This document shows, piece after piece, positions 38,701 through 44,300 of a DNA stretch of 64,000 bases. The position numbers and the translations under genes are program-made. The stretch is from Eledone cirrhosa (Eukaryota): positions 124,001 to 188,000 of the forward strand of contig CAXHJY010000082.1 of assembly GCA_964016885.1 (NCBI GenBank). The letters run 5' to 3'. The notes below the pieces were generated by a model. That model saw nothing but the letters and a program-made list of their open reading frames with translations. It was not told the DNA's origin and searched no databases. Numbering within the stretch: position 1 is the stretch's first letter; each line of letters opens with the position of its first letter.

Positions 38701-41309
38701 ATGATGACTATGGTGATGATGACTATGGTGATGATGACTCTGCTGATGATGACTATGGTGATGATGACTCTGGTGATGATGACTATGGTGATGATGACTA
38801 TGGTGATGATGACTATGGTGATGATGACTCTGGTGATGATGACTCTGGTGATGATGACTATGGTGATGATGACTCTGACGATGATGACTCTGGTGATGAT
38901 GACTATGGTGATGATGACTATGCTGATGATGACTACGGTGATGATGACTCTGGCGATGATGACTATGGTGATGATGACTCTGGTGATGATGACGCTGGTG
39001 ATGATGACTATGGTGATGATGACTCTGGTGATGATGCCTCTGGTGATGATGACTCTGGTGATGATGACTCTGACGATGATGACTATGGTGATGATGACTC
39101 TGACGATGATGACTATGGTGATGATGACTCTGACGTTGATGACTCTGGTGATGATGACTATGGTGATGATGACTATGGTGATGATGACTATGGTGATGAT
39201 GTCTATGGTGATGATGACTATGGTGATGATGACTATTGTGATGATGACTATGGTGATGATGACTCTAGTGATGATGACTATGGTGATGATGACTATGGTG
39301 ATGATGACTATGGTGATGATGACTATGTTGATGATGACTATGGTGATGATGACTATGGTGATGATGACTATGGTGATGATGACTCTGGTGATAATGACTA
39401 TGGTGATGATGACTATGGTGATGATGACTCTGACGATGATGACTCTGGTGATGATGACTCTGGTGATGATGACTATGGTGATGATGACTCTGGTGATGAT
39501 GACTATGGTGATGATGACTCTGGTGATGATGACACTGGTGATGATGACTATGGTGATGATGACTATGGTGATGATGACTCTGGTGATGATGACTCTGACG
39601 ATGATGACTATGGTGATGATGACTATGGTGATGATGACTATCGTGATGATGACTATGGTGATGATGACTATGGTGATGATGACTATGGTGATGATGACTA
39701 TGGTGATGATGACTCTGGTGATGATGACTATGGTGATGATGACTATGGTGATGATGACTATGGTGATGATGACTCTGACGATGATGACTCTGGTGATGAT
39801 GACTATGGTGATGATGACTCTGATGATGATGACTATGGTGATGATCACTATGGTGATGATGACTATGGTGATGATGACTCTGGTGATGATGACTATGGTG
39901 ATGATGACTCTGACGATGATGACTCTGGTGATGATGACTATGGTGATGATGACTATGGTGATGATGACTCTGGTGATGATGACTCTGGTGATGATGACTC
40001 TGGTGATGATGACTCTGACGATGATGACTATGGTGATGATGACTCTGACGATGATGACTATGGTGATGATGACTCTGACGATGATGACTCTGGTGATGAT
40101 GACTATGGTGATGATGACTATGGTGATGATGACTATGGTGATGATGTCTATGGTGATGATGACTATGGTGATGATGACTATGGTGATGATGACTATGGTG
40201 ATGATGACTATGGTGATGATGACTATGGTGATGATGACTATGGTGATGATGACTATGGTGATGATGACTATGGTGATGATGACTCTGACGATGATGACTA
40301 TGGTGATGATGACTATGGTGATGATGACTATGGTGATGATGACTATGGTGATGATGACTATGGTGATGATGACTCTGCTGATGATGACTATGGTGATGAT
40401 GACTCTGGTGATGATGACTATGGTGATGATGACTATGGTGATGAAGACTATGGTGATGATGACTCTGGTGATGATGACTCTGGTGATGATGACTATGGTG
40501 ATGATGACTCTGACGATGATGACTCTGGTGATGATGACTATGGTGATGATGACTATGCTGATGATGACTACGGTGATGATGACTCTGGCGATGATGACTA
40601 TGGTGATGATGACTCTGGTGATGATGACTCTGGTGATGATGACTATGGTGATGATGACTCTGGTGATGATGCCTCTGGTGATGATGACTCTGGTGATGAT
40701 GACTCTGACGATGATGACTATGGTGATGATGACTCTAGTGATGATGACTATGGTGATGATGACTATGGTGATGATGACTATGGTGATGATGACTATGGTG
40801 ATGATGACTATGGTGATGATGACTATGGTGATGATGACTATGGTGATGATGACTCAGGTGATAATGACTATGGTGATGATGACTATGGTGATGATGACTC
40901 TGACGATGATGACTCTGGTGATGATGACTCTGGTGATGATGACTATGGTGATGATGACTCTGGTGATGATGACTATGGTGATGATGACTCTGGTGATGAT
41001 GACTCTGGTGATGATGACTATGGTGATGATGACTATGGTGATGATGACTCTGGTGATGATGACTCTGACGATGATGACTATGGTGATGATGACTATGGTG
41101 ATGATGACTATGGTGATGATTACTATGGTGATGATGACTATGGTGATGATGACTATGGTGATGATGACTATGGTGATGATGACTATGGTGATGATGACTC
41201 TGGTGATGATGACTATGGTGATGATGACTCTGGTGATGATGACTATGGTGATGATGACTATGGTGATGATGACTATGGTGATGATGACTCTGACGATGAT
41301 GACTGGTGA
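17703..41309 (+). CDS. Formal Asp-rich repeat ORF MMT(GDDD[Y/S])n...W, 7,868 aa; coding status doubtful
   Basis: 23.6 kb stop-free Asp frame, but openness is largely expected from the unit sequence. Confidence 0.1.
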   Translation: MMTGDDDYGDDDSGDDDYGDDDSDDDDSGDDDYGDDDYGDDDSGDDDSGDDDYGDDDYGYDDSGDDDYGDDDSEDDDYGDDDYGDDDYGDHDYGDDDYGDDDSDDDDYGDDDYGDDDYGDDDYVDDDYGDDDSGDDDYGDDDSGDDDSGDDDYGDDDSDDDDSGDDDYGDDDYADDDYGDDDSGDDDYGDDDSGDDDSGDDDYGDDDSGDDDSGDDDSGDDDSDDDDYGDDDSDDDDYGDDDSDDDDSGDDDYGDDDYGDDDYGDDDYGDDDYGDDDSDDNDYGDDNYGDDDYGDDDSGDDDSGDDDSGDDDSGDDDYGDDDYGDDDYGDDDSGDDDYGDDDSEDDDYGDDDYGDDDYGDDDSDDDDYGDDDYGDDDYGDDDSGDDDYGDDDSSDDDSGDDDYGDDDYGDDDYGDDDYGDDDYGDDDSDDDDSGDDDYGDDDYGDDDYGDDDYGDDDSDDDDYGDDDYGDDDYGDDDSGDDDYGDDNYGDDDSDDDDYGDDDYGDDDYGHDDYGDDDSGDDDYRDDDSGDDDYDDDDYGDDDYGDDDSGDDDYGDDDYGDDDSGDDDYGDDDYGDDVYGDDDSGDDDYGDDDYGDDDYGDDDYGDDDYGDDDSGDDDSGDDDYGDDDSGDDDYGDDDYGDDDYGDDDYGDDDSGDDDYRDDDYGDDDYGDDDYGDDDSGDDDYGDDEYGDDDYGDDDYGDDDYGDDDSGDDDYGDDEYGDDDYGDDDYGDDDSDDDDYGDDDYGDDDSGDDDYGDDDYGDDDSGDDDYGDDDYGDDDSGDDDYGDDDSGDDEYSDDDYGDDDSDDVDYGDDDYGDDDSGDDDSGDDDYSDDDYGDDDSDDDDYGDDDYGDDDYGDDDYGDDDSGDDDYRDDDSGDDDYDDDDYGDDDYGDDDSGDDDYGDDDYGDDDSGDDDYGDDDYGDDVYGDDDSGDDDYGDDDYGDDDYGDDDYGDDDYGDDDYGDDDSGDDDSGDDDYGDDDYGDDDYGDDDSGDDDYGDDDYGDDDSGDDDYGDDDSGDDDYGDDDSGDDDYGDDDSGDDDYGDDDYGDDDSGDDDYGDDEYGDDDSGDDDYGDDDSGDDDYGDDDYGDDDSGDDDSGDDDYGDDDYGYDDSGDDDYGDDDSEDDDYGDDDYGDDDYGDDDYGDDDYVNDDSDDDDYGDDDYGDDDYGDDDSGDDDYGDDDYGDDDYGDDDYGDDDSGDDDYGDDDSGDDDSGDDDYGDECSDDDDSGDDDYGDDDYADDDYGDDDSGDDDYGDDDSGDDDSGDDDYGDDDSGDDDSSDDDSGDDDSDDDDYGDDDSDDDDYGDDDSDDDDSGDDDYGDDDYGDDDYGDDDSEDDDYGDDDYGDDDYGDDDSDDDDYGDDDYGDDDYGDDDSGDDDYGDDDSSDDDSGDDDYGDDDYGDDDYGDDDYGDDDYGDDDSDDDDYGDDDYGDDDYGDDDYGDDDYGDDDSDDDDYGDDDYGDDDYGDDDSGDDDYGDDNYGDDDYGDDDSDDDDYGDDEYGDDDSGDDDSDDDDYGDDDYGDDDSDDDDYGDDDYGDDNYGDDDYGDDDSDDDDYGDDDYGDDDYGDDDYCDDDSGDDDYGYDDYGDDDSDDDDYGDDDSGDDDSDDDDYGDDDSDDDDYGDDDSDDDDSGDDDYGDDDYGDDDYGDDVYGDDDYGDDDYGDDDYGDDDSGDDDYGDDDYGDDDYGDDVYGDDDYGDDDYGDDDSGDDDYGDDDYGDDDSDDDDYGDDDYGDDDYGDDDYGDDDYGDDDYGDDDSADDDYGDDDSGDDDYGDDDYGDDDYGDDDSGDDDSGIDDYGDDDSDDDDSGDDDYGDDDYADDDYGDDDSGDDDYGDDDSGDDDAGDDDYGDDDSGDDDSSDDDSGDDDSDDDDYGDDDSDDDDYGDDDSDDDDSGDDDYGDDDYGDDDYGDDDSEDDDYGDDDYGDDDYGDDDSDDDDYGDDDYGDDDYGDDDSGDDDYGDDDSSDDDSGDDDYGDDDYGDDDYGDDDYGDDDYGDDDSDDDDYGDDDYGDDDYGDDDYGDDDYGDDDSDDDDYGDDDYGDDDYGDDDSGDDDYGDDNYGDDDYGDDDSDDDDYGDDEYGDDDSGDDDSDDDDYGDDDYGDDDSDDDDYGDDDYGDDDYGDDDYGDDNYGDDDYGDDDSDDDDYGDDDYGDDDYGDDDYCDDDSGDDDYGYDDYGDDDSDDDDYGDDDSGDDDSDDDDYGDDDSDDDDYGDDDSDDDDSGDDDYGDDDYGDDDYGDDVYGDDDYGDDDYGDDDYGDDDSGDDDYGDDDYGDDDYGDDVYGDDDYGDDDYGDDDSGDDDYGDDDYGDDDSDDDDYGDDDYGDDDYGDDDYGDDDYGDDDYGDDDSADDDYGDDDSGDDDYGDDDYGDDDYGDDDSGDDDSGIDDYGDDDSDDDDSGDDDYGDDDYADDDYGDDDSGDDDYGDDDSGDDDAGDDDYGDDDSGDDASGDDDSGDDDSDDDDYGDDDSDDDDYGDDDSDVDDSGDDDYGDDDYGDDDYGDDVYGDDDYGDDDYCDDDYGDDDSSDDDYGDDDYGDDDYGDDDYVDDDYGDDDYGDDDYGDDDSGDNDYGDDDYGDDDSDDDDSGDDDSGDDDYGDDDSGDDDYGDDDSGDDDTGDDDYGDDDYGDDDSGDDDSDDDDYGDDDYGDDDYRDDDYGDDDYGDDDYGDDDYGDDDSGDDDYGDDDSGDDDYGDDDYGDDDYGDDDSDDDDSGDDDYGDDDSDDDDYGDDHYGDDDYGDDDSGDDDYGDDDSDDDDSGDDDYGDDDYGDDDSGDDDSGDDDSGDDDSDDDDYGDDDSDDDDYGDDDSDDDDSGDDDYGDDDYGDDDYGDDVYGDDDYGDDDYGDDDYGDDDYGDDDYGDDDYGDDDYGDDDYGDDDYGDDDSDDDDYGDDDYGDDDYGDDDYGDDDYGDDDSADDDYGDDDSGDDDYGDDDYGDEDYGDDDSGDDDSGDDDYGDDDSDDDDSGDDDYGDDDYADDDYGDDDSGDDDYGDDDSGDDDSGDDDYGDDDSGDDASGDDDSGDDDSDDDDYGDDDYGDDDYGDDDNCDDDSGDDDSDDDDYGDDDSDDDDYGDDDSDDDDSGDDDYGDDDYGDDDYGDDDSEDDDYGDDDSDDDDYGDDDSDDDDYGDDDSDDDDSGDDDYGDDDYGDDDYGDDVYGDDDYGDDDYGDDDYGDDDYGDDDYGDDDYGDDDYGDDDYGDDDSDDDDSGDDDYGDDDYGDDDSGDDDSGDDDSGDDDSDDDDYGDDDSDDDDYGDDDSDDDDSGDDDYDDDDYGDDDYGDDVYGDDDYGDDDYGDDDYGDDDYGDDDYGDDDYGDDDYGDDDYGDDDYGDDDYGDDDYGDDDYGDDDSADDDYGDDDSGDDDYGDDDYGDEDYGDDDSGDDDSGDDDYGDDDSDDDDSGDDDYGDDDYADDDYGDDDSGDDDYGDDDSGDDDSGDDDYGDDYSGDDASGDDDSGDDDSDDDDYGDDDYGDDDYGDDDYCDDDSGDDDSDDDDYGDDDSDDDDYGDDDSDDDDSGDDDYGDDDYGDDDYGDDDSEDDDYGDDDYGDDDYGDDDSDDDDYGDDDYGDDDYGDDDSGDDDYGDDDSSDDDSGDDDYGDDDYGDDDYGDDDYGDDDYGDDDSDDDDYGDDDYGDDDYGDDDYGDDDYGDDDSDDDDYGDDDYGDDDYGDDDSGDDDYGDDNYGDDDYGDDDSDDDDYGDDEYGDDDSGDDDSDDDDYGDDDYGYDDSDDDDYGDDDYGDDDYGDDDYGDDNYGDDDYGDDDSDDDDYGDDDYGDDDYGDDDYCDDDSGDDDYGYDDYGDDDSDDDDYGDDDSGDDDSDDDDYGDDDSDDDDYGDDDSDDDDSGDDDYGDDDYGDDDYGDDVYGDDDYGDDDYGDDDYGDDDSGDDDYGDDDYGDDEYGDDVYGDDDYGDDDYGDDDSGDDDYGDDDSGDDDYGDDDSGDDDYGDDDYGDDDSGDDDYGDDEYGDDDSGDDDYGDDDSGDDDYGDDDYGDDDSGDDDSGDDDYGDDDYGYDDSGDDDYGDDDYGDDDYGDDDSDDDDSGDDDYGDDDYGDDDSGDDDSGDDDSGDDDSDDDDYGDDDSDDDDYGDDDSDDDDSGDDDYGDDDYGDDDYGDDVYGDDDYGDDDYGDDDYGDDDYGDDDYGDDDYGDDDYGDDDYGDDDYGDDDSDDDDYGDDDYGDDDYGDDDYGDDDSADDDYGDDDSGDDDYGDDDYGDEDYGDDDSGDDDSGDDDYGDDDSDDDDSGDDDYGDDDYADDDYGDDDSGDDDYGDDDSGDDDSGDDDYGDDDSGDDASGDDDSGDDDSDDDDYGDDDYGDDDYGDDDYCDDDSGDDDSDDDDYGDDDSDDDDYGDDDSDDDDSGDDDYGDDDYGDDDYGDDDSEDDDYGDDDYGDDDYGDDDSDDDDYGDDDYGDDDYGDDDSGDDDYGDDDSSDDDSGDDDYGDDDYGDDDYGDDDYGDDDYGDDDSDDDDYGDDDYGDDDYGDDDYGDDDYGDDDSDDDYYGDDDYGDDDYGDDDSGDDDYGDDNYGDDDYGDDDSDDDDYGDDEYGDDDSGDDDSDDDDYGDDDYGYDDSDDDDYGDDDYGDDDYGDDDYGDDNYGDDDYGDDDSDDDDYGDDDYGDDDYGDDDYCDDDSGDDDYGYDDYGDDDSDDDDYGDDDSGDDDSDDDDYGDDDSDDDDYGDDDSDDDDSGDDDYGDDDYGDDDYGDDVYGDDDYGDDDYGDDDYGDDDSGDDDYGDDDYGDDDYGDDVYGDDDYGDDDYGDDDSGDDDYGDDDSGDDDYGDDDSGDDDYGDDDYGDDDSGDDDYGDDEYGDDDSGDDDYGDDDSGDDDYGDDDYGDDDSGDDDSGDDDYGDDDYGYDDSGDDDYGDDDSEDDDYGDDDYGDDDYGDDDYGDDDYGNDDSDDDDYGDDDYGDDDYGDDDSGDDDYGDDDYGDDDYGDDDYGDDDSGDDDYGDDDSGDDDSGDDDYGDECSDDDDSGDDDYGDDDYADDDYGDDDSGDDDYGDDDSGDDDSGDDDYGDDDSGDDDSSDDDSGDDDSDDDDYGDDDSDDDDYGDDDSDDDDSGDDDYGDDDYGDDDYGDDDSEDDDYGDDDYGDDDYGDDDSDDDDYGDDDYGDDDYGDDDSSDDDSGDDDYGDDDYGDDDYGDDDYGDDDYGDDDSDDDDYGDDDYGDDDYGDDDYGDDDYGDDDSDDDDYGDDDYGDDDYGDDDSGDDDYGDDNYGDDDYGDDDSDDDDYGDDEYGDDDSGDDDSDDDDYGDDDYGDDDSDDDDYGDDDYGDDDYGDDDYGDDNYGDDDYGDDDSDDDDYGDDDYGDDDYGDDDYCDDDSGDDDYGYDDYGDDDSDDDDYGDDDSGDDDSDDDDYGDDDSDDDDYGDDDSDDDDSGDDDYGDDDYGDDDYGDDVYGDDDYGDDDYGDDDYGDDDSGDDDYGDDDYGDDDYGDDVYGDDDYGDDDYGDDDSGDDDYGDDDYGDDDYGDDDYGDDDYGDDDSADDDYGDDDSGDDDYGDDDYGDDDYGDDDSGDDDSGIDDYGDDDSDDDDSGDDDYGDDDYADDDYGDDDSGDDDYGDDDSGDDDAGDDDYGDDDSGDDASGDDDSGDDDSDDDDYGDDDSDDDDYGDDDSDVDDSGDDDYGDDDYGDDDYGDDVYGDDDYGDDDYCDDDYGDDDSSDDDYGDDDYGDDDYGDDDYVDDDYGDDDYGDDDYGDDDSGDNDYGDDDYGDDDSDDDDSGDDDSGDDDYGDDDSGDDDYGDDDSGDDDTGDDDYGDDDYGDDDSGDDDSDDDDYGDDDYGDDDYRDDDYGDDDYGDDDYGDDDYGDDDSGDDDYGDDDSGDDDYGDDDYGDDDYGDDDSDDDDSGDDDYGDDDSDDDDYGDDHYGDDDYGDDDSGDDDYGDDDSDDDDSGDDDYGDDDYGDDDSGDDDSGDDDSGDDDSDDDDYGDDDSDDDDYGDDDSDDDDSGDDDYGDDDYGDDDYGDDVYGDDDYGDDDYGDDDYGDDDYGDDDYGDDDYGDDDYGDDDYGDDDYGDDDSDDDDYGDDDYGDDDYGDDDYGDDDYGDDDSADDDYGDDDSGDDDYGDDDYGDEDYGDDDSGDDDSGDDDYGDDDSDDDDSGDDDYGDDDYADDDYGDDDSGDDDYGDDDSGDDDSGDDDYGDDDSGDDASGDDDSGDDDSDDDDYGDDDYGDDDYGDDDYCDDDSGDDDSDDDDYGDDDSDDDDYGDDDSDDDDSGDDDYGDDDYGDDDYGDDDSEDDDYGDDDSDDDDYGDDDSDDDDYGDDDSDDDDSGDDDYGDDDYGDDDYGDDVYGDDDYGDDDYGDDDYGDDDYGDDDYGDDDYGDDDYGDDDYGDDDSDDDDSGDDDYGDDDYGDDDSGDDDSGDDDSGDDDSDDDDYGDDDSDDDDYGDDDSDDDDSGDDDYGDDDYGDDDYGDDVYGDDDYGDDDYGDDDYGDDDYGDDDYGDDDYGDDDYGDDDYGDDDYGDDDSDDDDYGDDDYGDDDYGDDDYGDDDSADDDYGDDDSGDDDYGDDDYGDEDYGDDDSGDDDSGDDDYGDDDSDDDDSGDDDYGDDDYADDDYGDDDSGDDDYGDDDSGDDDSGDDDYGDDDSGDDASGDDDSGDDDSDDDDYGDDDYGDDDYGDDDYCDDDSGDDDSDDDDYGDDDSDDDDYGDDDSDDDDSGDDDYGDDDYGDDDYGDDDSEDDDYGDDDYGDDDYGDDDSDDDDYGDDDYGDDDYGDDDSGDDDYGDDDSSDDDYGDDDYGDDDYGDDDYGDDDYGDDDSDDDDYGDDDYGDDDYGDDDSGDDDYGDDNYGDDDYGDDDSDDDDYGDDEYGDDDSGDDDSDDDDYGDDDYGDDDSDDDDYGDDDYGDDDYGDDDYGDDNYGDDDYGDDDSDDDDYGDDDYGDDDYGDDDYCDDDSGDDDYGYDDYGDDDSDDDDYGDDDSGDDDSDDDDYGDDDSDDDDYGDDDSDDDDSGDDDYGDDDYGDDDYGDDVYVDDDYGDDDYGDDDYGDDDSGDDDYGDDDYGDDDYGDDVYGDDDYGDDDYGDDDSGDDDYGDDDYGDDDSDDDDYGDDDYGDDDYGDDDYGDDDYGDDDSADDDYGDDDSGDDDYGDDDYGDDDYGDDDSGDDDSGDDDYGDDDSDDDDSGDDDYGDDDYADDDYGDDDSGDDDYGDDDSGDDDAGDDDYGDDDSGDDASGDDDSGDDDSDDDDYGDDDSDDDDYGDDDSDVDDSGDDDYGDDDYGDDDYGDDVYGDDDYGDDDYCDDDYGDDDSSDDDYGDDDYGDDDYGDDDYVDDDYGDDDYGDDDYGDDDSGDNDYGDDDYGDDDSDDDDSGDDDSGDDDYGDDDSGDDDYGDDDSGDDDTGDDDYGDDDYGDDDSGDDDSDDDDYGDDDYGDDDYRDDDYGDDDYGDDDYGDDDYGDDDSGDDDYGDDDYGDDDYGDDDSDDDDSGDDDYGDDDSDDDDYGDDHYGDDDYGDDDSGDDDYGDDDSDDDDSGDDDYGDDDYGDDDSGDDDSGDDDSGDDDSDDDDYGDDDSDDDDYGDDDSDDDDSGDDDYGDDDYGDDDYGDDVYGDDDYGDDDYGDDDYGDDDYGDDDYGDDDYGDDDYGDDDYGDDDSDDDDYGDDDYGDDDYGDDDYGDDDYGDDDSADDDYGDDDSGDDDYGDDDYGDEDYGDDDSGDDDSGDDDYGDDDSDDDDSGDDDYGDDDYADDDYGDDDSGDDDYGDDDSGDDDSGDDDYGDDDSGDDASGDDDSGDDDSDDDDYGDDDSSDDDYGDDDYGDDDYGDDDYGDDDYGDDDYGDDDYGDDDSGDNDYGDDDYGDDDSDDDDSGDDDSGDDDYGDDDSGDDDYGDDDSGDDDSGDDDYGDDDYGDDDSGDDDSDDDDYGDDDYGDDDYGDDYYGDDDYGDDDYGDDDYGDDDYGDDDSGDDDYGDDDSGDDDYGDDDYGDDDYGDDDSDDDDW
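17711..17723. other. 13-bp unit (2-bp deletion) 2; stop ends 17716
   Basis: Same sequence and flanks as 12598; matches ORF-track end 17716. Confidence 0.95.
20769..29370. repeat. Higher-order block A, rearranged copy with internal ~1.75 kb tandem duplication (boundaries approximate)
   Basis: GAATGC at 21348 (offset 20,768 from 580). TCTAGT at 21519/23244 and GGTATT at 23055/24810 mark the internal duplication. Marker order of block A then resumes. Confidence 0.7.
27200..32170. repeat. Tandem duplication with 2,505-bp (167-unit) offset (boundaries approximate)
   Basis: GAAGAC 27738/30243 and GGG..GAG 29496/32001 share offset 2,505. Confidence 0.8.
31899..38633. repeat. Higher-order block A, near-identical copy
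   Basis: Same variant order as 1-6735. Differences I spotted: G at 3435 vs C at 35333, and TATGTT near 38443 vs TATGGT in copy 1. Confidence 0.85.
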
Positions 41310-44300
41310 TGATGACTATGGTGATGATGACTCTGGTGATGATGACTATGGTGATGATGACTCTGATGATGATGACTCTGGTGATGATGACTATGGTGAT
41401 GATGACTCTGACGATGATGACTCTGGTGATGATGACTATGGTGATGATGACTATGGTGATGATGACTATGGTGATGATGACTATGGTGATGATGACTATG
41501 GTGATGATGATTCTGACGATGATGACTATGGTGAAGATAACTATGGTGATGATGACTATGGTGATGATGACTCTGGTGATGATGACCCTGGTGATGATGA
41601 CTCTGGTGATGATGACTCTGGTGATGATGACTATGGTGATGATGACTATGGTGATGATGACTATGGTGATGATGACTCTGGTGATGATGACTATGGTGAT
41701 GATGATTCTGAAGATGATGACTATTGTGATGATGACTATGGTGATGATGACTATGGTGATGATGACTATGGTGATGATGATTCTGACGATGATGACTATG
41801 GTGATGATGACTATGGTGATGATGACTATGGTGATGCTGACTCTGGTGATGATGACTATGGTGATGATGCCTCTGGTGATGATGACTCTGGTGATGATGA
41901 CTATGGTGATGATGACTATGGTGATGATGACTATGGTGATGATGACTATGGTGATGATGACTATGGTGATGATGACTATGGTGATGATGACTATGGTGAT
42001 GATGACTATGGTGATGATGACTATGGTGATGATGACTCTGACGATGATGACTATGGTGATGATGACTATGGTGATGATGACTATGGTGATGATGACTATG
42101 GTGATGATGACTATGGTGATGATAACTATGGTGATGATGACTATGGTGATGATGACTCTGACGATGATGACTATGGTGATGATGAATATGGTGATGATGA
42201 CTCTGGTGATGATGACTCTGACGATGATGACTATGGTGATGATGACTATGGTGATGATGACTATGGTGATGATGACTCTCACGATGATGACTATGGTGAT
42301 GATGACTCTGACGATGATGACTATGGTGATGATGACTATGGTGATGATGACTCTGGTGATGATGACTATGGTGATGATGCCTCTGGTGATGATGACTCTG
42401 GTGATGATGACTATGGTGATGATGACTATGGTGATGATGACTCTGGTGATGATGACTCTGACGATGATGACTATGGTGATGATGACTATGGTGATGATGA
42501 CTATGGTGATGATGACTATGGTGATGATGACTATGGTGATGATGACTATGGTGATGATGACTCTGGTGATGATGACTATGGTGATGATGACTATGGTGAT
42601 GATGACTATGGTGATGATGACTCTGACGATGATGACTCTGGTGATGATGACTATGGTGATGATGACTCTGGTGATGATGACTATGGTGATGATGACTCTG
42701 ACGATGATGACTCTGGTGATGATGACTATGGTGATGATGACTATGGTGATGATGACTATGGTGATGATGACTATGGTGATGATGACTATGGTGATGATGA
42801 TTCTGACGATGATGACTATGGTGATGATAACTATGGTGATGATGACTATGGTGATGATGACTCTGGTGATGATGACCCTGGTGATGATGACTCTGGTGAT
42901 GATGACTCTGGTGATGATGACTATGGTGATGATGACTATGGTGATGATGACTATGGTGATGATGACTCTGGTGATGATGACTATGGTGATGATGATTCTG
43001 AAGATGATGACTATTGTGATGATGACTATGGTGATGATGACTATGGTGATGATGACTATGGTGATGATGATTCTGACGATGATGACTATGGTGATGATGA
43101 CTATGGTGATGATGACTATGGTGATGCTGACTCTGGTGATGATGACTATGGTGATGATGCCTCTGGTGATGATGACTCTGGTGATGATGACTATGGTGAT
43201 GATGACTATGGTGATGATGACTATGGTGATGATGACTATGGTGATGATGACTATGGTGATGATGACTCTGACGATGATGACTATGGTGATGATGACTATG
43301 GTGATGATGACTATGGTGATGATGACTCTGACGATGATGACTATGGTGATGATGACTATGGTGATCATGACTATGGTGATGATGACTATGGTGATGATGA
43401 CTATGGTGATGATAACTATGGTGATGATGACTATGGTGATGATGACTCTGACGATGATGACTATGGTGATGATGAATATGGTGATGATGACTCTGGTGAT
43501 GATGACTCTGACGATGATGACTATGGTGATGATGACTATGGTGATGATGACTATGGTGATGATGACTCTGACGATGATGACTATGGTGATGATGACTATG
43601 GTGATGATGACTATGGTGATGATGACTATTGTGATGATGACTCTGGTGATGATGACTATGGTTATGATGACTATGGTGATGATGACTCTGACGACGATGA
43701 CTATGGTGATGATGACTCTGGTGATGATGACTCTGACGATGATGACTATGGTGATGATGACTCTGACGATGATGACTATGGTGATGATGACTATGGTGAT
43801 GATGACTATGGTGATGATGACTATGGTGATGATGACTATGGTGATGATGACTCTGGTGATGATGACTATGGTGATAATGACTATGGTGATGATGACTCTG
43901 GTGATGATGACTATGGTGATGATGACTCTGGTGATGATGACTATGGTGATGATGACTCTGGTGATGATGACTATGGTGATGATGACTCTGACGATGATGA
44001 CTCTGGTGATGATGACTATGGTGATGATGACTATGCTGATGATGACTATGGTGATGATGACTCTGGTGATGATGATTCTGACGATGATGACTATGGTGAT
44101 GACGACTATGGTGATGATGACTATGGTGATGATGACTCTGGTGATGATGACTATGGTGATGATGACTCTGGTGATGATGACTCTGGTGATGATGACTATG
44201 GTGATGATGACTATGGTGATGATGACTATGGTGATGATGACTCTGGTGATGATGACTATGGTGATGATGACTATGGTGATGATGACTCTGGTGATGATGA